Source of the DNA: Myxococcota bacterium
GTDB lineage: Bacteria > Myxococcota_A > UBA9160 > SZUA-336
Assembly (NCBI GenBank): GCA_046754285.1
Contig: JBHHVJ010000008.1
Span: forward strand, 20,659 to 84,658
Direction of reading: 5' to 3'
DNA length: 64,000 nt
Below, one piece after another: positions 59,147-64,000 of this stretch. Numbering within the stretch: the first letter of the stretch is position 1; each line of letters starts with the position of its first letter. The notes beneath the pieces were generated by a model. The model was not told the DNA's origin, did not search any database, and was given only the letters and a program-made list of their open reading frames with translations. The translations under genes and the position numbers were made by a program.

Positions 59147-59370
59147 GCTCGAAGTATAGCCCTCCCGGCGGATGGGTCGGGGCTTTTCGTTGCGACCCGG
59201 TGTAGGGGCTGCATGTCAGGTCGGGCGCTTCGCGGCTCGAGAGCGCTGCATTGACGTGTAGACCAATGGAGCCCCGAAGAGGTCTACACCGTGTCCGGTC
59301 GAGCGGCGCAGCCTGCGGTCCAGGGACCCGGGACGGCAGGCGGGCGCTCCCGGGACGACGTGAAACACCC

Positions 59371-60153
59371 TCAGCCTTGGCTCGGACGTTCCAGCCCGAC
59401 GAGCCCGCGGGATCGCCGGGAGACGGTCGGGCCCGGCGCCCGCAGGACGCGCAGGGCGTGCCGGACCGTGGCCGGGTGCCAGCGGAATCGGGAGTGGTGC
59501 GCGATCTGGCTGGTGCCAAAGCTGTACTCCCGGCCGTGGATACAGGCGCTGCGCGCGTCGCAGGCCAGGCGGCACTCCCGGCGACGGATCTTGGTTCGGA
59601 AGCAGGCCGCGGGGTCCAGACCGTCCGAGGTGATGACGTGCCCGGGACACGCTTCCACGCAGGGCGCGGGACACCCACCACAGGGGTCGAAGCTTCGGGG
59701 CCGTTCGGGCCCCACGGCATCGGGCAGGTAGAGCAGGCCGCGAAAGGAGATCCACGGTCCGAAGACGGGGTGGATCAAGATTCCGATGCGACCGGGCGCC
59801 CCCAGCCCTGCAAACTCGGCGAGGCGCACCATTGGAAGGTAGACGCCGTCACGCTTTTCAGTGTAGATGGCCACGCCGGCCGGGGGAATCAAGGTGGACG
59901 CCGCCTCTTGGAGCACGCGCTCGGTGTACCGATCGAGGGAGTTGCGCCGCAGTCTTGCCTCCGGGGACGCCTGAAACCGTGGCCAGAGCGATCGGCCCGC
60001 GTTCCCCACGATCAGGACCCCTCGTGTTCCCGGTCGGACGCTTGCGATGCGCCAGACGTCGGGTACGAGCGCATCGTAGGTCTTGGGGGGCAGGGTTGCG
60101 CTCAGGGTGAGGCCGGCCCGTGCGAGCCGTGCCCGCAGGCTCGCCAGTCTCAT
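59371..60153 (-). CDS. Fe-S protein of the QueG/reductive dehalogenase/CblC-like cobalamin-binding fold
   Basis: LAEFAGLG...ILIHPVFGPWISFRG; CGGCPAPCVEACP and a second Cys cluster. Confidence 0.65.
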   Translation of the reverse strand: MRLASLRARLARAGLTLSATLPPKTYDALVPDVWRIASVRPGTRGVLIVGNAGRSLWPRFQASPEARLRRNSLDRYTERVLQEAASTLIPPAGVAIYTEKRDGVYLPMVRLAEFAGLGAPGRIGILIHPVFGPWISFRGLLYLPDAVGPERPRSFDPCGGCPAPCVEACPGHVITSDGLDPAACFRTKIRRRECRLACDARSACIHGREYSFGTSQIAHHSRFRWHPATVRHALRVLRAPGPTVSRRSRGLVGLERPSQG

Positions 60154-61088
60154 CCGCTCGTCAGCCGCTCACCCACCGCGAGACCGGATCGCTTCGCGAA
60201 ATCCACCGCGGTCTCCTTGCCCCGGTCTGCACGGACCCTCGTGATCCGCAGCCGCGCGCCCTCGAGCGCGAGCACGATCCCTTCGTCGTCGATCCCCACG
60301 ACCCTTCCGGGCGCCCCGCCTCCTCCCGGCAGCAACCGAGTGCCGAAGAGCCGGATTTTCGCTCCACGTTGTCGCAGGTACGCGCCGGGCTGGGGATCAC
60401 AGCCGCGCAGAAGGCGGTCGATCTGCTCCGGCGGAGCCTCCAAGTCGACCGCCGCGTCCGAATCACTCACCAATCCCTGGTGCGTCGCTCGGCTCTCGTC
60501 CTGGAGGCGCAGCTTCGCTCGACCCCGGTCGATCGCCCGAACGGCCTCGACGATCGCCTCGATGCCGAGCGGGGCCAGCTTGTGAAAGAAGAGCGTGCCC
60601 GCTGTGTCACCCGGCTCGATCTTGACGCCGCCCTTCTGGAGCACGATGGGGCCGGTATCCACTCCCGCGTCGGGCACGAAGATCGACACACCGGTCTCCG
60701 CCTCCCCGAGGATGATCTGCCATTGGAGTGCGTTGCCGCCCCGAAAGCGGGGCAGCAGCGACGGATGGAAGCAGAGGCTTCGGTGGCGTGCCGCATCGGT
60801 GATCTCGGACGGCAGGAACGAGGTGAACGAGGCGAGCACATTCAGCTCGGCGTCGAGCGTACGGTAGCTCTCGAGCGCCGCCCGGATCGCCTGGCCCGCA
60901 CGCGTTTGAAAGTAGCGTCGCTGTGCGAGCGGCAGGCCGAGCTCTTGGGCACGGGCCGCCAGGGCGTCCGGGCGGCGCGTCTCGGGGGGCGCGAAGACAC
61001 CGACGATCTCGTGGCCCTCGGTGAGCAGCCGATCGAGTGTCTCGCGACCCAAGTCCGCCTGTCCGAAGAGAGCGATGCGAAGCGGCAT
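60150..61088 (-). CDS. Formyltransferase-family protein (Fmt/10-formyl-THF hydrolase-like)
   Basis: FHPSLLPRFRG, DAGVDTGPI, RGCDPQPGA. Confidence 0.85.
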   Translation of the reverse strand: MPLRIALFGQADLGRETLDRLLTEGHEIVGVFAPPETRRPDALAARAQELGLPLAQRRYFQTRAGQAIRAALESYRTLDAELNVLASFTSFLPSEITDAARHRSLCFHPSLLPRFRGGNALQWQIILGEAETGVSIFVPDAGVDTGPIVLQKGGVKIEPGDTAGTLFFHKLAPLGIEAIVEAVRAIDRGRAKLRLQDESRATHQGLVSDSDAAVDLEAPPEQIDRLLRGCDPQPGAYLRQRGAKIRLFGTRLLPGGGGAPGRVVGIDDEGIVLALEGARLRITRVRADRGKETAVDFAKRSGLAVGERLTSG

Positions 61089-61109
61089 GCGCAGAGGGTA
61101 TCATGGATC

Positions 61110-61748
61110 TCAGTCGCAACCCTCGCGGCTGGCGAGCCTGCGCAGAGGACGCGCCGGAGCCCCCACCGCGAGCACACCCGCGGGAATGTCATTCGTCACG
61201 ACCGAGCCCGCTCCCACGACGACGTCGTCACCGATACTCACGCCGCGCAGCACGAGGACGTTGGCTCCGAGCCAGACCCGCGCCCCGATGTGTACGGGCG
61301 CAATCCGTTCCGGAGTGAGCGAGTCGAGCGAGTGGAGATCCGCATCGAAGATCCGAACGCCGAAGCCGAGCCTGGCATCGGCACCGATCCGGATCTCGCG
61401 CTTGGCGTGGATCATCGCTCCGTTGACCAGGGAACGGGGTCCGATCTCGATGCAGCCGCCGGGAAAGACCGTGAGGAGATTGCGGCCGAACTCCGTGCGC
61501 AGCCACACCTCCGCGTCGAGGCGGATCGAGCCCTCGCTTCCGATCCAGAAGCGGTTCCCCGCCTGGCGCTCGGTCGCAAAGCCGGGTCCGATCACCAGCT
61601 GTCCTCCGGGCTCGATGCGCAAGCGTGCGAAGCGGAGGTTCGGTGAGACCGGCGAGTCGATCTGGAGCCGGTCACCCCAGCGGGCGCGAACCCACGCGAA
61701 GTGCAGCCGGTCGAGAACGAAAACGAGTCGGAGCCAATGTCTACTCAT
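61110..61748 (-). CDS. Hexapeptide-repeat (LbH) acyltransferase
   Basis: IFDADLH, PVHIGARVWLG, GVSIGDDVVVGAGSVV, VGAPAR; start may be up to 61772. Confidence 0.88.
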   Translation of the reverse strand: MSRHWLRLVFVLDRLHFAWVRARWGDRLQIDSPVSPNLRFARLRIEPGGQLVIGPGFATERQAGNRFWIGSEGSIRLDAEVWLRTEFGRNLLTVFPGGCIEIGPRSLVNGAMIHAKREIRIGADARLGFGVRIFDADLHSLDSLTPERIAPVHIGARVWLGANVLVLRGVSIGDDVVVGAGSVVTNDIPAGVLAVGAPARPLRRLASREGCD

Positions 61749-61857
61749 GGCCGGCAATTCTATCATCGGCATCGAACGTCGCGTCCATCAGCTTCTCCTG
61801 CCATCCGCCGATCAGAAACACGCTGCAAGCCCGATCGATCTTCGGGAGGAACGACCG

Positions 61858-64000
61858 ATGTCTGCTCGTCTCACCAACCCCTCGCCGATCGATTCCGTTC
61901 CGGCTGACCGGGATCTGATCCGCTACCTGCGAGGCACCTTTGCCTCCGTACTCGATCCGCGCGTGATGCGTCAACGGGGTGATGTCTTCCTCGAGCTGCT
62001 GGCCCGTGAGGCCAGCGAGACCCTGGGCCGGCTCGCTCCCGGTGAGATCCAGGTCGAGGTTCGGGGCCCCGGCGGTGCCGAGGAAGGGCACGGCCGCATC
62101 ACGCTTCTGATGGCTGACCAGCCCTTCATCGTCGACACCTTTCGGCTGACGCTCCGGCGGCTGGGGCTGCGCGAGATCTTTCTGCTGCATGCCGTTCTCG
62201 CCGTCGAGCGGTCCGACGACGGCTGCTTCGTTCCCGTCGGAGAGGGCCCGCGCACCGGCCCCCGGCAGGCCTATGTCTATGCCGAGATCGGCGGCCTCGA
62301 GGACGCCGATGAGCGCGGTCGCGTGCTCGATTCCTTCCGCGAGACCTTCGAGCGCACGCGAAACGTGGTCTCCGACCACGGCGTCATGGTGGAGGCCCTG
62401 CGGGCTCACATCGACGAGTTCACCGTCCAGGATCGAAACGAGGAGACGGATGCGCCGAGCGGCATCGATGCAGCCAGCTTCCTGGAATGGCTGTCCGATG
62501 ACAACTTCGTCTTCTTCGGCTACCGCTACTACCGAGTCTCACGCGACGAGGTCGGCTGGGAGGTTCGGCTGAAGCCCGGAAGCGGCCTCGGCTATTGGCG
62601 CGGTCCGGGCCGGTCCCGCTTCGACCGTCCTCTCCGGGGTGAGGCCATCCCCGCCGTGATTCGCAGTCGCCTGGGAGATCGCCGTCGGATCTTCTTCGAC
62701 AAGTCGCGGACTCCCTCGACGATTCACCGTGAGGGCCGCCTGGACAGCGTCACGATCAAGAGCTTCGGACCGAACGGTGAGCTCCGAGGCTTCGGCCGCT
62801 TCGTCGGTCTTCTGACGTACAAGGCGATCCGCTCGCGCGGCTCAGAGGTTCCCATTCTGCGCCTGCGACGGGATCGCATCCTGACCGCGCTTCGCGTGGA
62901 ATCTGGCTCCCACACCCACAAGGCCGCGATCGAAGCCTACGACTCCCTGCCGATCGAGTTCCTCTTTCCTTTCGATCTCGAGGACGTCTCCCGGACCGTC
63001 CAGCGGATCGTTCTGGCGCTCGAGAACCCCGAGGTCGCCGTCTGCCTGGTCCCGGACCCGCTGAACGACTCCTTCTTTGTCTCCGTCGTCCTGCCCCGCC
63101 CGCTCTACGATGAAGACCTTCGGCACGACCTGCGCAAGCTGCTCGTCGAGAGCTACGGCGTGACGTACCTCGACAACCGCACCTCCTTCCTGGACGACGA
63201 GGTGGCGCTGATCCACTTCTTCTGCAACTGCGCCGAGGAGCTCGATCTCGAGCGTCTCCAGTCCCTGGAGACCGAGATCCGGGAACGCGCCACGCGCTGG
63301 GAGGATCGCTTTGAGGCCGCTTTGCTCGAACGGTTTCCCGCGCCTCGAGCCTACCGTCTCGCCGAGGACTACGGAGAGGCGTTTCCCAAGGAGTACCGGC
63401 TCGTCACGCTCGCAGAGGATGCCGCGGAGGATGTCGCGCTCCTGGAGCGCCTGCGCAGCGGCGAGTCGACCCTGGAGCTTCGGCTCTCGATGGATGCCGA
63501 AGAGGCTGGTGTCTGCTTCTCCCGCTTGCGAGTCTATCGAAGCGAGCGGCCCTACCTCACCGACCTGCTCCCTGTGCTCGGGCACTTTGGCCTGCGCGTG
63601 ATCGATGCCAAGCTGACGGAGATCGCGCTGCCCGGCCTCGGATCGCTCTGGAGCGTGAGCTTCCGTATGGAGAGCCTCGCTCCCGACAGCGCGATCCACG
63701 ACGAACTCGATGTCAGCGTGGTGGATGGCCTGCATGCGGCCCTGAGCGGACGGGTCGAAGACGATCCGCTGAATCGTCTGGTGCTGAAAGCCGGATTGAG
63801 CTGGCAGGAGGTGGACGTGATTCGGGCGTACCTGGACTACGCGCGCCAGCTCGGGGCTGCACCGGGGCGCCGGCTCGTGGCCGGAGTCCTGGCCCGCTGG
63901 CCCGCGGCCACCCGCGAGCTGATCGCGCTCTTCCGCGCACGCTTCGATCCCGACCTGGATGCGGATCGGCCGGCGCTCCAGGAGCGCGCCCGGGTGGGTC
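61858..64000 (+). CDS. gdhB: Large NAD-specific glutamate dehydrogenase (3'-partial; absent from the ORF track)
   Basis: GGAGG RBS then ATG at 61858; manual translation gives DQPFIVDT, FLEWLSDDNFVFFGYRYY, STIHR, RFVGLLT, DDPLNRLVL; frame runs off the window. Confidence 0.88.
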   Translation, partial: MSARLTNPSPIDSVPADRDLIRYLRGTFASVLDPRVMRQRGDVFLELLAREASETLGRLAPGEIQVEVRGPGGAEEGHGRITLLMADQPFIVDTFRLTLRRLGLREIFLLHAVLAVERSDDGCFVPVGEGPRTGPRQAYVYAEIGGLEDADERGRVLDSFRETFERTRNVVSDHGVMVEALRAHIDEFTVQDRNEETDAPSGIDAASFLEWLSDDNFVFFGYRYYRVSRDEVGWEVRLKPGSGLGYWRGPGRSRFDRPLRGEAIPAVIRSRLGDRRRIFFDKSRTPSTIHREGRLDSVTIKSFGPNGELRGFGRFVGLLTYKAIRSRGSEVPILRLRRDRILTALRVESGSHTHKAAIEAYDSLPIEFLFPFDLEDVSRTVQRIVLALENPEVAVCLVPDPLNDSFFVSVVLPRPLYDEDLRHDLRKLLVESYGVTYLDNRTSFLDDEVALIHFFCNCAEELDLERLQSLETEIRERATRWEDRFEAALLERFPAPRAYRLAEDYGEAFPKEYRLVTLAEDAAEDVALLERLRSGESTLELRLSMDAEEAGVCFSRLRVYRSERPYLTDLLPVLGHFGLRVIDAKLTEIALPGLGSLWSVSFRMESLAPDSAIHDELDVSVVDGLHAALSGRVEDDPLNRLVLKAGLSWQEVDVIRAYLDYARQLGAAPGRRLVAGVLARWPAATRELIALFRARFDPDLDADRPALQERARVG

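Noticed and set aside
60150-61088. Calling the gene fmt
   Set aside because: It lacks the GTPxF start, has no adjacent def, and resembles the 10-formyl-THF hydrolase-like branch.

Overview
A high-GC (roughly 70%, by eye) bacterial chromosomal segment whose gene content looks like Myxococcota/Deltaproteobacteria (inference). It holds about 63 tightly packed CDSs. I recognised no rRNA, tRNA, CRISPR array or mobile element. The main blocks are: (1) a flagellar filament locus (fliC-fliD-fliS-fliT-like) followed by a translationally coupled glycosylation-type operon that ends in a catalytically degenerate formyltransferase-DegT fusion; (2) scattered c-di-GMP genes (two intact diguanylate cyclases, a degenerate HDOD-GGDEF protein, three PilZ proteins, an Hpt protein), most preceded by the same sigma28-like motif T(A/C)A(A/G)-N16-nnCGA; (3) an operon pairing a CitE/Mcl-family CoA-ester lyase with a succinyl-CoA-synthetase-like ligase whose motifs match the ATP-citrate-lyase/citryl-CoA-synthetase branch rather than SucCD, plus a ferredoxin and a thioesterase; (4) a fimT-pilV-pilW-pilX-pilY1 type IV pilus cluster with a sigma54-like promoter; (5) housekeeping genes (mtnA, ilvE, ispG, hisN, tkt, gdhA, metF, pyrF, groESL, purU) and the 5' part of a large NAD-glutamate dehydrogenase. 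The best candidates for something undescribed are the lyase/ACL-like ligase operon, the degenerate sugar-pathway pseudo-enzymes near flagellin, and the sigma28/c-di-GMP regulon. All family assignments come from reading motifs by eye; no database search was run.
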